A DNA stretch of 64,000 bases from Lama glama (Eukaryota), in assembly GCA_028534125.1 (NCBI GenBank), contig CM052817.1:39992001-40056000 (forward strand). Reading direction: 5' to 3'. Below, piece after piece: positions 42,201 through 56,890 of the stretch (its first letter is position 1; every line of letters begins with the position of its first letter). The position numbers were made by a program, and so were the translations under genes. The notes beneath the pieces were generated by a model that saw nothing but the letters and a program-made list of their open reading frames with translations, ran no database searches and was not told the DNA's origin.

Positions 42201-42371
42201 GCTAGCTTGCTTTTGGCTAGTTGCCTGGTAGACTTTTATCTATCCCTTGACTTTAAAAGTTTCTTTGTATTATGTTGCTGCAAATCTTGATAAGAATGTG
42301 TGGCTACATTTGCTTATTTTAAAAACCTGATCTAAGAACTTTCTGTTTTAACTTAGGAATTGAAAGTGAAT

Positions 42372-42520
42372 GCTCACAGTGAAAAAAAATGTGACAATGA
42401 ATATATATATGTTCATGTATAACTGAAAAATTGTGCTCTACACTGGAATTTGACACAACATTGTAAAATGACTATAACTCAATAAAAAATGTTAAAAATT
42501 TTTTTTAAATTAAAAAAAAA
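42372..42520 (+). mobile_element. Young L1 extreme 3' end fragment
   Basis: Matches ~24842-24970 (gctcacag...gaaaaattgtgctctac...aataaaaaatgtt). Confidence 0.85.
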
Positions 42521-45500
42521 TAAAGTGTTTAATACGTTTGGCCGGGGTGGGGGGAAACTGCCATCTTACTTTCTGCTTTCTATTTCTCTCTTTTCTCTCT
42601 TCTTTCTTACCTTCTTTTGGATTGAGCCCCCTCACTTTCAGCTCATCCCTCCTTCCCATCAGAGAATTTATTTTAAACATAGAATTCTAAATATAATTAA
42701 ACTATGAAGTGCGAAGGAAGAATAAAACATTTTTCAGACGTGGAAAAACTCAAAAATGCTCTTCCCACCCCTCCTGTCTTAGGAAGTCACATTCAGTGTG
42801 AGTAAACAACGCGAAAGGGTGATCTGGAGTTTAAAAAGCCCTGGGGAGAAATAAAGAAAAGTTTTGGACAGAGAGAAACACAGCAGGTCTAGAGAACAAC
42901 TGATCCAAATTGGAACAAGAAGATAGATGTTTTAGGAAGGAACAATCTAGAGAAAACAAAATTCCCAAGATCTGAAACTGATGTTCAGAAGATGTTTAAA
43001 GTGCATAAGAAATAAAGAACAGTGAATAGAAACTTCAGGGGGAAAAAAGTCCTGACTCTTCAGTTAACTAACTGTGACCTTTCCCTGGTTGTTAACTTTT
43101 CTGCCTGGCCATCTCCTCACTCTTAAAATAAATTTCCTAAGGTTCAGCCTTCCTCAGAAGGCAGTCATGAGGACCAGGTTAGTTAATAATTGCAGAGTGA
43201 TTAGAAAAGTGCCCAGCAATTAGTAAGTGTGCATTAAATGGACAAAGAAAAATGAACCTTGGCTCTGTCCTTAACAATAGTCATACAGTCACAATAATAC
43301 TAATATTGCTTTTTTGAACTATTTAGATTCAACGATTGGACAATATACAAATTACTTAATTACAGGTACAGAACAGAATGTAAGTTTTATCAACTTCAAA
43401 AATAGAAAAGTATAAATAATAAGCTCCTAAAAAATAATAAGAATTAATTAATTAATTAATAAGGTTCTACTGTATAGCACAGGGAACTATATTCAATAGC
43501 TTGTAATAGCCTGTAATAAAAAAGAACGTGAAAAGGAATATACGATGTGTAACTGACTCACTATGCTATACCCCAAAAACTAACACATTATAAATCCACT
43601 ACACTTCAATTTTTTTAAAAAAATAGAGAAGCAAAACCAGAGAGAACAGAAGCTAGGAGGCAGAAATGGGGAAGAGGGCAACAAGACAGGGTCAGGTCAC
43701 CACTCTTCTTGCCTCACAAAACAGAAAATCGAGGGATACTGTCTAAATAAGAGAGAACCAAACACAAAGGTCTACGTGTAGCATTTAAAGTTATGAAGGA
43801 ATTAAAGTAGAAACTGAAAATAGTCCTGGTGCTGTGCTGGGGGTGGGGACTGAGGGGGAAACTAGAAGTGCATAACCTTCCTCTACCTCCCTGCAAGCCA
43901 TAGATAATGTCCAAAATTATTATCAAAAAAGAACAGTATAATATATTATCGAGGGATGACATGACAATATCCCAGGAAAACTAAAAACAAAATCAGAAAT
44001 ATCTGAGTTAAAATGCTTTCCCTCTGTGGAGCAGGATTACAATGACAGAAGGGTAGAGCAGGAAACTGCTGCTTCTCTGGTTATAAAGCCTTCTGTATTA
44101 TTTGAAAATGTTTAATCATGTGCACGTCCTACTTTCAAAAAAATGAAAAGAAAACTTTCTAAAAATATGCATTCACAGTTTTTCTGGAGACAGCATTGCA
44201 ATTGTCGAGTTCTGAAGGGGTTCCTACAATTTGCCGTCACCGGCGTCCTAAATTGTTTTCAATGTCTTAAACGAAGATGAAATTTCTCTCTGATGCAGAG
44301 AGGAGGCTGGAATGCTGAACAAATATTTTTTAAGTGTGAAGAGGTACACATTACTTGCCTTCCTAGGGAGTCCTCAAGCCTTAGTGTCTCAGTTGTAGTT
44401 ATATATTCCTTTTTTCCTTTGGTGAAGAATTGGCAGGCTTGCATAATAATTAAAGTCTTCTACAACCTCCGGAAGCTTCTCCCATAGCTACGATTTCTCA
44501 TTCGCACCTTGGTTTTGTTGTTGGGTGGGATGGGGAGGAAGCTCTGAGGGATCAGGGCCCTGCCTTGATATTGGCTCAGAGGTTCAAGATATCTTGAGGG
44601 TCCTTGGGCTCAATAACAGAGCTGAGTCTTGGACCATCTGAGCACGGTGGGATGCCAGGGAAACCAGAAACACAGCTAGGACCTTGGGTTCCTACTGGGC
44701 CATCACACAGGGACCAAGGGACACACCGGGGTAAACTGTGCCCTCCTCTTCTGCAGACTCCTTCCAAGTGCCAGGCAAGCCTGTGCCACCCAGGCTGAAT
44801 CTTTTCAGTCTCTGCTCCAGCCTGTTGAGAGGAAGCCCGTCACTTTATATGATGTTGCCTTCCCCAAGCCATGCGGCCACTCCTTACTTCAGACAAGGCC
44901 AGTCTGCCATCAGAAGGAACAAAAATAAGACAGAAAGAGATCTCAACCGTGCTCAAGTCCCCAGTTCTGGTTATTTCAAAAGGCTGTTCAGATCCCTGTC
45001 CTCAGGCTCTTGTTTCTTTTTTTGTTTTGTTTTGTTTTTTGTTTTGTTGGGGAAAGAGGGGCAGGTGAGTAGGTTCTGTTACCTGTAACCTATGCATGGT
45101 CTCTCCCTAATGAGAGTTACCACATTTCATGAAGAAAGCTGGGCCTGTCTACAAGTCTGTAGCTCTTGAGCATGGAGACAGTGTTCCCCCAAGAAATGGA
45201 CAGTCTCTCATCTAGCTGCCAAAGGACAGGAATTTAACCCACAATAAAGATAAAGCTTGCCCAGGGAAACCAACGTCACAGCCCCTTCCCCAGTACATCC
45301 TCCTTATCATAAAACCAAATTCTCAATTACAACTTTCTGGAAAAGTATTTCCACCAGGTATAAACTGACACGGTGTTGGCATGAGCTGGAGGTGGGTGAG
45401 GATCTAAGCACAGAAATAGCTTGCCCACAAACTGGTGTTGTAATATTTATAATTCTCCTTTACCAAGTGTGTTGTAAATCACCTGGCCTTTATTCATTTC

Positions 45501-47249
45501 ATTTTTCTTCCTCCTGAGAGAATGTTTGCTAAGGAAATGTACCTGTGAGCAGGACTACTTCTCTCTGCTGCACCGACAGTCAAAGCAGCTCCCCCACAGT
45601 TCAAGCTCATAGACTCTACAGTCTTCTCCCCACATGAAGTTTAATGATGTGCGTACTTCCACTGAAAAACAGGAGATAATAAACCAGAATGATCTTTGAC
45701 ATCACTCCTTTTAGGATAGAATATTACTTCTGAAGAAATACAGTGATTTCTAGCAGTGTTTATAACAGTGGGCCCAGAGTACAAGAAAAGGAAATCAAGA
45801 TTCATTTACACGTGCCCTGATAAAAGCCTGAGAAATGGAAATGTTTTACCCTCATTCGCATCTGGAAATGCTCGATTTTTCCATGCAAATATTTATACAA
45901 TGGCCAGTTTTCCATGTAGAAGAATATTAACGATAATTTCACAAGAAGCTGGCCCTCTATTCCATATGAATGACAGCACCAGTTGCTCCAGATGCTAAGT
46001 AGAAAAATACACGGACAGTGGGGCTTAGCTCCAGCTGTTTTCTTTTTAACGATGAAAAGGATTTCTAACTCCCAGCTTTTTAAAATTTGACATATAACTC
46101 ACATACTATAAAATTCACCTTTTCAGAGTACGATTCAGTGGGTTTAGTGTATTCACAAAGTTATGCAAGGGTGGGGTTATGGGCTGGGTCTCATTTCCTC
46201 TCTACACAAGTGCGAAATAGATGAAGGAAGATAAGCCAGAAACTAAAGAGATTAGTTACATACAGGGGTTGTGTAGACACAGGGTGATGGGAATCAGGTA
46301 CCAGAGATGAAGAGAGTGTAACTCTTTTCTGAGTATGTTTTCTGTACCCACACTAACGGCAGCAACAAAGAAAAGAATTAACTGAAGTAACTTTGGGAAA
46401 CAGTGTTCTGGCCTGATCCTGTAAAGCAAAAAGCAAAAGAACTGTACACGACAATGACACTAGTTAGTAAATCAGTGTATCACAGAGGTATGGGTTAGCA
46501 ATTCTGAAACCATCTGGTGTACATACTAGGATTGAACAAATAAGTAAGTGTATCATAGATAATGAGAGCTCAATTTTTCATGGTCTGAAAAAGAACTGAA
46601 AATAAGGCAAGGAGGAAAGCTAGCATTAATCCTTGCGGTATTGAATTAGAATTAGAGGTGTGAACTTTAGAATTAGAATTATCAGCATGAACACATGGTT
46701 TTGGTTGATAGAGCTGTATGTACACACATCCACATGTGTATCCATGTACATACTGATGCACATGTACACGTAAATGTCTGTATATCTCCTCACTTTACCT
46801 AAGCAGCCTAAAAGCAATGAGAACCCAACAGCAGTGAGCCCACCTCGCACCCAGATCTTTTCTAAATACCATTCTCGAATGAAAGGAACCAGGGCTCCTT
46901 GGAGATGAGGTTAATTTAGCATAGGTACTCTACAAACAAGTCATGAAAAGCAAAGAAAAACTGGGGCATTTCTCCAGGTTGGAGAAGATTGAGAGAGATG
47001 ACGACTAAATGCAATGTTGAATCCTGGGTTGAATCCTTGAGCAGAAAATGGAAAAACGCTTAAGATTCAAATCATGTCTGTGGCTGAGCTAATTTTATTG
47101 TACCAATGTTGATTTTCTGGTTTTGATCACCTTCCTGTGGTTATATGAGATGTTGATTTTAAAGGAAATTAGCTGAAGAGCACATGAGAAGTCTCTTCTA
47201 TTTTTGCAACTTTTCTGTCAAGTCAAAAGTTGTTTCAAAAAATGTTTTT

Positions 47250-47610
47250 CTCTTATCACTCATATGTAGAATCTAAAAAAAAAAAAGACAAACGAACTTA
47301 TTTATAAAACAGAAATAGACGTAGAAAACAAACTTATGTTTACCAGAGAGGAGGGGGCTAGGAAGGAATAACTGGGAGCTCCAGATTTGCAGATACTGAC
47401 TGGTACATATAAAATAGATAAACAAGTTTATGCCGTATAGCACAGGGAACTATGTTCAATATCTTGTAGTAGCTTACAGTGAAAAAGAATATGAAAACGA
47501 ATATATGTATATTCATGTATGACTGAAGCATTATGCTGTACACCAGAAACTAACACAACATTGTAAACTGACTGTACTTCCATTTAAAAAAAAAGTTCAA
47601 AAATAAAAAT
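47250..47610 (+). mobile_element. L1 3'UTR fragment of an older subfamily; related fragments at ~39880-40110, ~43465-43625 and ~56355-56610
   Basis: Shared motifs tatagcacagggaactat... and tatgctgtacaccagaaa... followed by an A-rich tail. Confidence 0.8.
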
Positions 47611-50131
47611 AAATAAATAGATAAGAAACAAATCTAAATAATACATTAAATAACAATGAAGTGTTAAAAATGAAGGAACTCAAGGTTTTAAAAAAAATTC
47701 CATTCTGGTATAATTAAGGGATAAATCAGTTCAAATGAAAGATGTCACTGCTATTAAAACTTCATTCATTTATTTAAAAATTTTTTTTAATCTTCATAAT
47801 ATTTATTTCTCTCATGAAGAAGTTACTTTTTAAAAAAACTAGAAACTTGAGGGCATGAAGGTGGCAAAAGGAGTGAAATAACTATAAATGTTCTTCTAGA
47901 TCAAAAATCATCTGACATCTGAGCTGGAGGACTTTCCATATCTATCTGTTAATTCTTCACGTGTCCTAGAAAGACTTCAACATGCTTAACAAAATCCATT
48001 ACACTGTAAAACCATTTTCAATATCTGTTACTATAAACCAAGAAATCCATTCATTCAAGGTTACTTAAGGAGAATTAATCACACAAAAATTTTATCAACT
48101 TCTTTTTCAAAAATTAAAGTACTTTATCGTACTTGGCATTCTTACACATAATGATGTAGATTCAAAGACTGAAAGCATTAAGGGCATATAATTAAAATTC
48201 ATGGACTGAGGCAAGGCAAACATGGCAGAGTAGTAGGATGCTCCTGGCTCACCCTTTCCCACAGATACACCAAGACTCACATCCACGGACCCACTTAGCC
48301 AACCAGAGCACGTGCGGAACTCCGACAGAACATTGTCCTCTTCAAAAGATAAAGATGCCAAAAATCTGGTAGGAGAAAGGAAAAAAACAAAGACAAAAAA
48401 GCAAAACAGTGCGAGTCCTGTCCCGTGGGGAGGGAGCGGCAAAGGAGGACTAGCGCTCATTCGCCGGGTCTCCCGTTCTCCAACCGAGAGGCCAGAGGGA
48501 CAGAGGAGGAGCCTCCGAGGCTCGGATCTGTACCGAGCAGCCCTTGACCTACAGAACCAAGTTAAATGGGCACAGAGGGTCCCTGCGACACCCAGCCCAA
48601 GACCCCAGCTGGGAGCTGGGGGCTGGGACAGGCTGCCCGAGCCAGGGGGAGGACGGGGAGGGCTGCACTGAGGCAGCCTGGGGGGACTGCAGGGTGCTGC
48701 ACAACGTGGATTAGTGGGTGCACAGGGCAGAACAACCAGGGCCCTCCATAAAACAGCATGGCTGATGTGCCCTGGGGAGAAGGGTGCATACTCCCATCTC
48801 TGAAAACCCACGGAAGGTTTTCGGGGAGGAGAGGCGGGGCTCAGGCGCAGCTGCCATATCCTCTGGCACTTGGCACCCAGGTAGGGGCGGGGGCAAAACC
48901 TGAATCTGCACCTAGGGGCTCAGCAGCCTCAAAGGCCAGACAGTGACTTGTTTGTAGCCCGAGTCAGATAGAATCCTTCTGCCCGGGTGCCTTGCAAAGT
49001 TCATGCCACCAGGACAAACAAGGAGCTGAGTTTGGACACGGAGCAGGGGCGGGCCCGCCTGCGGACCCAGGGCAGAGCGAGAGGCGGCGCAGGGCGGAAC
49101 TGCGGATCCACCGGCGCCAGGAGACGGCGGGTAGACCCCGCCTTTACGGCAGGAATGCTGTGCTGGGAGGGGGCGCGATCTGCTTGCCGACAGGCATTGG
49201 GAGCAGCACAGACAAGGACGCCAACAGAGGGCCTCTGGAAACAGCAAGCTGAGTTCACAAAACAGGGTGAAGACAAAGACTTCTCATTAAGAGCACACAG
49301 TCTCCAGGAGAATACCCCCTCCACCCTCCTTTTTTTTTTTAATCTGTTTTTACCTGTTGTATTTTCGATTACCTTTTTAATGTTTACTTTTTAAACAATT
49401 ATATATCCTCCCAGTTTTAATCCCTTTTAAATTTTTCTTTTAAAATAATATTATTTTTAAAAATCCATGTCATGTCATTTTTATCTCTCTTGGTTTTGAT
49501 CTCCTGTTATTGATTATACACAGGTTTCAAATTTTTTTCCTCTTTTTCTCCTTTTTTAAAGGTTTTTAAGAGACGTCTCAACCCAATTGCTATTCTGCTC
49601 CAGCTTGCTTTTTAATTATTCATTATACACTGTTTTCAAACCTTTTTTCCTCCCCTTTTTCAAAATTCTCTTTATCATATCTCTTTTATCTGTTCTATTT
49701 TTTAATACTTTTTTAATTTCTACTTTCTAAACAATTGTATATGCTTCTAGTTTTAATTCCTTTTAAAATTTTTCTTTTAAAATAGTTATTTTTTTTTAAA
49801 TCCTCCTGATTTCATTTTCATTTCTTTTGGTTTTGTTATTGATTATAAATATGTTTCAAATATCGATTTTTGATCTTTTTTCCTGTTTTTTAAGGGTTTT
49901 TAAAAAAAGACATCTCAACTCGAATGCTAGTCTGATTCAAATTGCACTTCTATAATTGATTATACACTGTTTTCAAACCTTTTTTTCTCCTTTCTTTTAA
50001 AATTCTCTTTCTCTCTCTCTCCTTTTTTTTTTTAAAGTTTTATTCCTACATAGGCATTAAATAGATAAATAAACTCCTTTAAGGATCACAATAGATAACT
50101 GATACTCCGTAAGCCACAGTGCCAGAGAGAT

Positions 50132-51019
50132 ATGAGCAAGATGAAGCAGAGAAACCACTCCCAATTAAAAGAACAAGAGAAATCCCCTGAAAGAACGATC
50201 AATGAAATAGACATCAAAGGCCTACTAGACCAAGGTTTCAAAAAAGGAGTGATCAAAGTACTGAAGGAACTAAAAGAGATAGTGTTTAGAGATATAAAAT
50301 GTGTCAAAAATGAAATGGTAGCTATAAAGAAGAGCCAAGTAGAATTGGTAAACTCATTGGCTGAGATGAGGAATGATGTAAAGTCTGTGCAAAGCAGACT
50401 AGATAATGCAGGGGAACGAATTAGTGACCTAGAAGACAGGACAATAGAAAGCACCCAATCAGAACAGCTACAAGATAAACAAATAAAAGCAAATGAAAAT
50501 AGCATAAGAGACCTATGGGATAATATAAAGCATGCCAATCTTCGCATAATAGGGGTCCCAGTAGGGGAAGAAAGATCAAAGGGGGTTGAAAAGGTTTTTG
50601 AAGAAATCACAACTAAAACTTCCCAAACTTAAAGATATCCAAGTACAGGAAGCTCAGAGGGTCCCAAACAGGAAGAACCCAAATAGACCCACACCAAGAC
50701 ATATCATAATCAAGATGGCCAGAGTCAAGGATAAAGAAATGATCCTAAAAGCAGCAAAAGAAAAGCAAAGAGTGAGTTACAAGGGAACCCCCATAAGGCT
50801 CTCGGCTGTTTCTCTACACAAATACTACAGGCCAGAAGGGAGTGGCAAGATATATTCAAAGTCCTGAATGAAAAAAAGATGCAGCCTATGAAACTTTATC
50901 CAGTAAGGCTATCCTTTAGGATAGAAGGAGACATAAAGAATTTCACAGACAAGAAAAAGCTACAAGAGTTTAGCAACACTAAACCCATACTAAAAGAAAT
51001 ATTGAAAGATCTACTCTAA
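50132..51019 (+). pseudogene. L1 ORF1p, frameshifted
   Basis: Coiled-coil region then LWDNIKHANLRIIGVP and PTPRHIIIKM motifs split across frames (shifts near 50610-50635 and ~50810); stop near 51017-51019. Confidence 0.9.
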
Positions 51020-51423
51020 ACAGAAAAGCAGCAGGATGCTACAGAAATGAGAAACTCACAACTGGAAAGGTGATAACTCATAAATTACAAATAAAATAAA
51101 CACGAAATTATAAAAGAAGACATACAAATCATTGAGAGTGGGAGAGGGAGACAGGGAAATATAGAATTTTTTTCTTTCTTTTTTAAATTTTTTGTTCTTG
51201 GTAGGATGGGTTTGAGAACATGTTACTATCAGTTTAATAAAAACAGTTACAGTAATGGGCTAATAGATTTACAAAAAAGGGTAACCATAAGCCAAAAACT
51301 TACAAGCGAGTCACAAAAACTAAATAAAATCCATGATAATACAAAGGAAAATTACCAAACCACAAAAGGAAGAAGAAAGGAACAAAGAGGAAATACCAAA
51401 TCAACTGCAAAGATAAGTTCAAA

Positions 51424-54400
51424 ATGGCAATAAATACACATCTATCATTAATTACTGTAAATGTTAATGGACTAAATGCTCCAGTCAAAAGACATAGAGA
51501 GGCAGACTGGATAATAAAGCAAGAACCTTCAATATGCTGCATACAAGAGACCCACTTTAGGGAGAAGGACGCATATAGATTGAGAGTGAAAAGATGGAAA
51601 AGGATATTCCATGCAAATGGAAAAGCCAAAAACGCAGCTGTTGCAGTACCGATTTCAGACAAAATAGACTTTAAAACAAAGGCCATAAAGAAAGATAAAG
51701 AGGGACATTTTATAATGATTAAAGGAGTGATACAAGTTGAGGATATTACACTCATTAATATATATGCACCCAATATAGAGCACCTAAGTACATAAAACAA
51801 TTACCAACAGAGATAAAAGGGGATATTGAGGGAATACAATCATAGCTGGAGATTTTAACACCGCATTAACATCACTGGACAGATCTTCCAGACAGAAAAT
51901 GAGTAAGGCAACAGAGAAATTAAATAATACAATAGGGAAACTAGATTTGGTGGATATTTTCTGAGCATTACACCTGCCAAAAATAGAATATACATTCTTT
52001 TCAAGTGCACATGGAACATTTTCCAGGATTGATCATGTACTTGGGCACAAAAGAAACCTCAGCAACTTTAAGAAGATAGAAATTATCTCAAGCATCTTTA
52101 CTGACCACAATGCCTTTCTGAAATTAGAAATCAACAACAGAGAAACAAAGGAGAAAAAAAGGAAAGCATGGAGATTAAACAATGTTATTAAAAAACCAAT
52201 GGGTCAATGAGGAAATCAAAGCTGAAATTAAAAAAATACCTTGAGACAAATGAAAATGAAAGCACAACCATACAAAATTTATGGGACACAGCAAAGGCAG
52301 TGCTAAGAGGGAAGTTTATAGCAATACAGGCCTTCCTCACAAATGAAGAACAATCTCAAATAAACAATTTAACCCACCATCTAAGTGAACTAGAAGAAGA
52401 AGAACAAAAAAACACCAAAAGGCAGCAGAAGGAAGGAAATTATAAAGGTTAGGGAGGAAATAAATAAAATACAGGTTAAAAAGACCATAGAAAAAATGAA
52501 TCAACCAAAAGCTTTTTTTTTGAAAAAGTAAATAAAATCAACAAACCTCTGGCCAAACTCACAAAGAAGAAAAAAGAGAGAGCACAAATTAGCAAAATAA
52601 GAAAGGATAATGGAGAAATTACAAAAAATAAAATAGAAATACAGAATATCATATGAGAATATTATGAAAAACTATATGGAACCAAACTGGATAACCTAGA
52701 GGAGAAGGACAAGTTTCTGGAAACATACTGTCCACCAAGACTGAATCAAGAAGAAACTGACCACTTGAACAAACTGATCACTAGAAATGAAATCGAAATA
52801 GCAATTAAAAAACCTCCCTACAAGTAAAAGTCCAGGACCGGACAGCTTCACCAGGGAATTCTACCAAACATACAAAGAAGAACTCATACCAGACCTTCTC
52901 AAACTCTTCCATAAGATTGAAAAGTAGGGAATACTCCCAAACTCATTCTAAGAAGCCACTAACACCCTGATACTAAAACCAGACAAAGACACTACCAAAA
53001 AAGAGAATTATAGGCCAATATCACTGATGAACATAGACGCCAAAATCCTCACCAAAATATTAGCAAATAGAATCCAACAACACATAGAAAAGATTGTACA
53101 TCATGACCAAGTGGGGTTCATCCCAGGGACAAGGGTGGTTCAACATACGCAAATCAATCAATGTAATATATCACATCAACAAGAGAAAGGACAAAAACCA
53201 CATGATCATCTCACTAGATGCAGAAAAAGCATTTGATAAAATTCAACACCCATTTATGATAAAAACTCTCACCAAAGTGGGTATAGAGGGAACATATCTC
53301 AACATAATAAAAGCTATATATGACAAACCTACAGCCAGCATAGTACTCAACAGTGAAAAACTCAAAGCTTCCCACTAAAATCTGAGACAAGGATGCCCAT
53401 TATCACCACTCCTATTCAACATAGTCTTTGAAGTCCTAGCCACAGCAATCAGACAAGGGAGAGAAATAAAAGGGATCCAAATTGGAAAAGAAGAGGTAAA
53501 AGTGTCACTCTATGCCAATGACATGTTACTATATATAGAAAACCCTAAAAGGTCTACACAAAAACTACTAGAGCTGATCAAAGAATTCAGCAAGGTAGCA
53601 GGTTACAAGATTAATATTCAAAAATCAGTAGCATTTCTTTACACTAATGATGAATCAACAGAAAAAGAAAGTAAAGAAACAATCCCCTTTTAAAAAGCAC
53701 CCAAAGTAATAAAATAACTAGGAATAAACCTAACCAAGGAGGTGAAAGAATTATACACAGAAAACTATAAACCATTGATGAAGGAAATTAAAGAAGACTA
53801 AAAAATGGAAAGATATCCCATGCTCTTGGACTGGAACAATCAATATTGTTAAAATTGTCACACTGCCCAAGGCAATCTACAGATTTAATGCAACCCCTAT
53901 CAAATTACCCAGGACATATTTCACAGAACTAGAACAAATCATAATAAAATTTATATGGAACCATCAAAGATCTAGAATTGCCAAAGCATTACTGAAGAGA
54001 AAGAAAGAGGCTGGAGGAATAACTTTCCTAGACTTCAGACAATACTATAGAGCTACAGTCATCAAGACAGCATGGTATTGGTACAAAAACAGACATATAG
54101 ACAGATGGAACAGAATAGACAACCCAGAAATGAACCCACAAACTTTTGGTCAACTAATCTTCGACAAAAGAGGCAAGAATATACAATGGAATAAAGACAG
54201 TCTCTTCGGCAAATGGTGTTGGGAAAACTGGACAGCAGCATGTAAATCAATGAAGCTAGAACACTCCCTTACACCATACACAAAAATAAACTCAAAATGG
54301 ATCAAAGACTTGAACATAAGACAAGATACAATAAACCTCCTAGAGGAAAATATAGGCAAAACATTATCTGACATACATCTCAAAAATTTTCTCCTAGAAG

Positions 54401-54845
54401 AAATAAAAACAAGAATAAACAAATGGGACCTAATGAAACTTACAAGCTTCTGCACAGCAAAGGAAACCATAAGTAAAACAAAAAGACAACCTACAGAATG
54501 GGAGAAAAAATTTGCAAATGAAACCGACGAAAGCTTGATCTCCAGAATATATAAGCAGCTCATACGACTTAATAAGAAACAACCAAACAACCCAATACAA
54601 AAATGGGCAGAGGAACTAAACAAGCAATTCTCCAAGGAAGACATACAAATGATCAAAAGGCACATGAAAAAATGTTCAATATCACTAATTATCAGAGAAA
54701 TGCAAATCAAAACTACAATGAGGTATCACCTCACACCAGTCAGAATGGCCGTCATTCAAAAATCCACAAATGACAAATGCTGGAGAGGCTGTGGAGAAAA
54801 GGGAACCCTCCTACACTGCTGGTGGGAGTGCAGTTTGGTGCAGCC
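51424..54845 (+). pseudogene. L1 ORF2p (endonuclease / reverse transcriptase), multiply disrupted, running into the assembly gap
   Basis: Endonuclease motifs ITVNVNGLNAP and CCIQETH; RT motifs [17 protein letters not shown] and YANDM; C-terminal [18 protein letters not shown]; several frameshifts and stops. Confidence 0.93.
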
Positions 54846-55345
54846 NNNNNNNNNNNNNNNNNNNNNNNNNNNNNNNNNNNNNNNNNNNNNNNNNNNNNNN
54901 NNNNNNNNNNNNNNNNNNNNNNNNNNNNNNNNNNNNNNNNNNNNNNNNNNNNNNNNNNNNNNNNNNNNNNNNNNNNNNNNNNNNNNNNNNNNNNNNNNNN
55001 NNNNNNNNNNNNNNNNNNNNNNNNNNNNNNNNNNNNNNNNNNNNNNNNNNNNNNNNNNNNNNNNNNNNNNNNNNNNNNNNNNNNNNNNNNNNNNNNNNNN
55101 NNNNNNNNNNNNNNNNNNNNNNNNNNNNNNNNNNNNNNNNNNNNNNNNNNNNNNNNNNNNNNNNNNNNNNNNNNNNNNNNNNNNNNNNNNNNNNNNNNNN
55201 NNNNNNNNNNNNNNNNNNNNNNNNNNNNNNNNNNNNNNNNNNNNNNNNNNNNNNNNNNNNNNNNNNNNNNNNNNNNNNNNNNNNNNNNNNNNNNNNNNNN
55301 NNNNNNNNNNNNNNNNNNNNNNNNNNNNNNNNNNNNNNNNNNNNN
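54846..55345. other. Assembly gap (500 N) inside the L1
   Basis: Run of N in the sequence. Confidence 1.
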
Positions 55346-56890
55346 AGATAAACAAGATTATACTGTATAGCACAGGGAAATATACACAAGATCTTATGGT
55401 AGCTCACAGAGAAAAAAATGTGACAATGAATATATATGTTCATGTATAACTGAAAAATTGTGCTCTATGCTGGAATTTGACACAATATTGTAAAATGCTT
55501 ATAAATCAATAAAAAAAGTTTAAAAAATTAAAAATAAAAATAAAAAAATAAAATTCATGGACTTAGATATAAAAAAAAATTTTAATATTTAGAATTCTCT
55601 AACATATTCCAGAAAAATAAATCAAAATATAAACATGATGCAATTCTCCTTTGGATTTTTCCTCTGCTTAAGTGGCATCATATAACAGAAAATTGTTTTA
55701 AAACACTTGTTTATATCTTGCTATAGCCACAGAAATATATAATATTAAAAATATGAAAAAGCAAGGTCAAGAGAACTGTGGGCACTGTGCATAGGGAACA
55801 AAATACATGAATTTCTCTATTCCTAAGAATTTCTAAAACCTATTTTCCTAATTTCAAGGACAAATTTACTCAAAAGAGGAAAAATAAACAGGTCAGCTCC
55901 ACATTTACAGCTTTATTGATAGGGTATAGCCATTATGCCAAAATTCAGCCATCTATATAAAAACCTCATTTCCCATCTAAAGTTAATGAGAATATATTTT
56001 TCTTCAAATAGGACATAGTGTCAAAGTGCCAGGAATTGAAAAATAACCTTAAAGTCTTCATTCCACACTTCAAATATCAAAAAAGCAATAATTCCCCAAA
56101 TCAGGAAAGCATAATGAAATAACTACACAGGAAAAAAGTGGATATTAAGTCATTTCATTCTTTCTTAATATTATATAGTGAAAACTGATGTATTTATAAC
56201 TTTAGCATACTTCATACAGTCATTATTCATCAAAAATAGATAAATGTTCACAAAGAATATTTAACTTAAATTTCATAGTTGCTTCTAAAGTGGCACTTGA
56301 AAGATTGACCTGTATAAGGAAATAAGAGTCTTGTCAAATAGAACACAATCCTGTGGGTACCAGGGGGAAAACGGGCTGGGAAGGGATAAATAGGAAGTTT
56401 GGAATTTGTAGATACTAGCTACTATATATAAAATAGATAAACAGCAAGGTCCTGCCATATAGCGCAGGGAACTGTGTGCAATATCTTGTTATAGCCTATA
56501 ATGAAAAAGTCTGAAAAGGGATATATACATATGTACAACTGAATCACTATGCTGTACACCAGAAATTAACACAATATTTTAAACTGACTATACTTAAATT
56601 TAAAAAAAATTTTAAGTCATCAAAAGAGATAGTAAACTAAAAATATAAAATATACCACAATGTTTAAAATCTCATAGTATTCTATAGGAAAATCAATGAA
56701 GACAACTTAATTTTTCTGGGAGGGAAAAGTATGCAGCGTTACAAATTTAAAGTGTAAATTTATATAAGCATTCAATAAGGAATGCATTTATTGAATTGCC
56801 TTGCAGTGCCACATAATGACCATCGTCTATTTGTGGAAAAACAGTAAAAATGATATACTTTTTGAATATGTGTACATCAAAACCAAAAGG

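Larger units (their letters stand above)
48208..55549 (+). mobile_element. Full-length LINE-1 (5'UTR, ORF1, ORF2, 3'UTR, A-rich tail), inactivated
   Basis: TSD aaaattcatggact at 48194-48207 and 55550-55563 at a TT/AAAA site; GC/CpG-rich 5'UTR; ORF1 and ORF2 fragments; AATAAA and A-rich tail. Confidence 0.97.

Noticed and set aside
48107..49394. Cluster of overlapping ORFs up to 234 aa on both strands
   Set aside because: The GC-rich L1 5'UTR is poor in stop codons; an ORF0-like peptide cannot be supported from sequence alone.
54756..55449. Long ORFs containing X runs
   Set aside because: Artefact of the 500-N gap.
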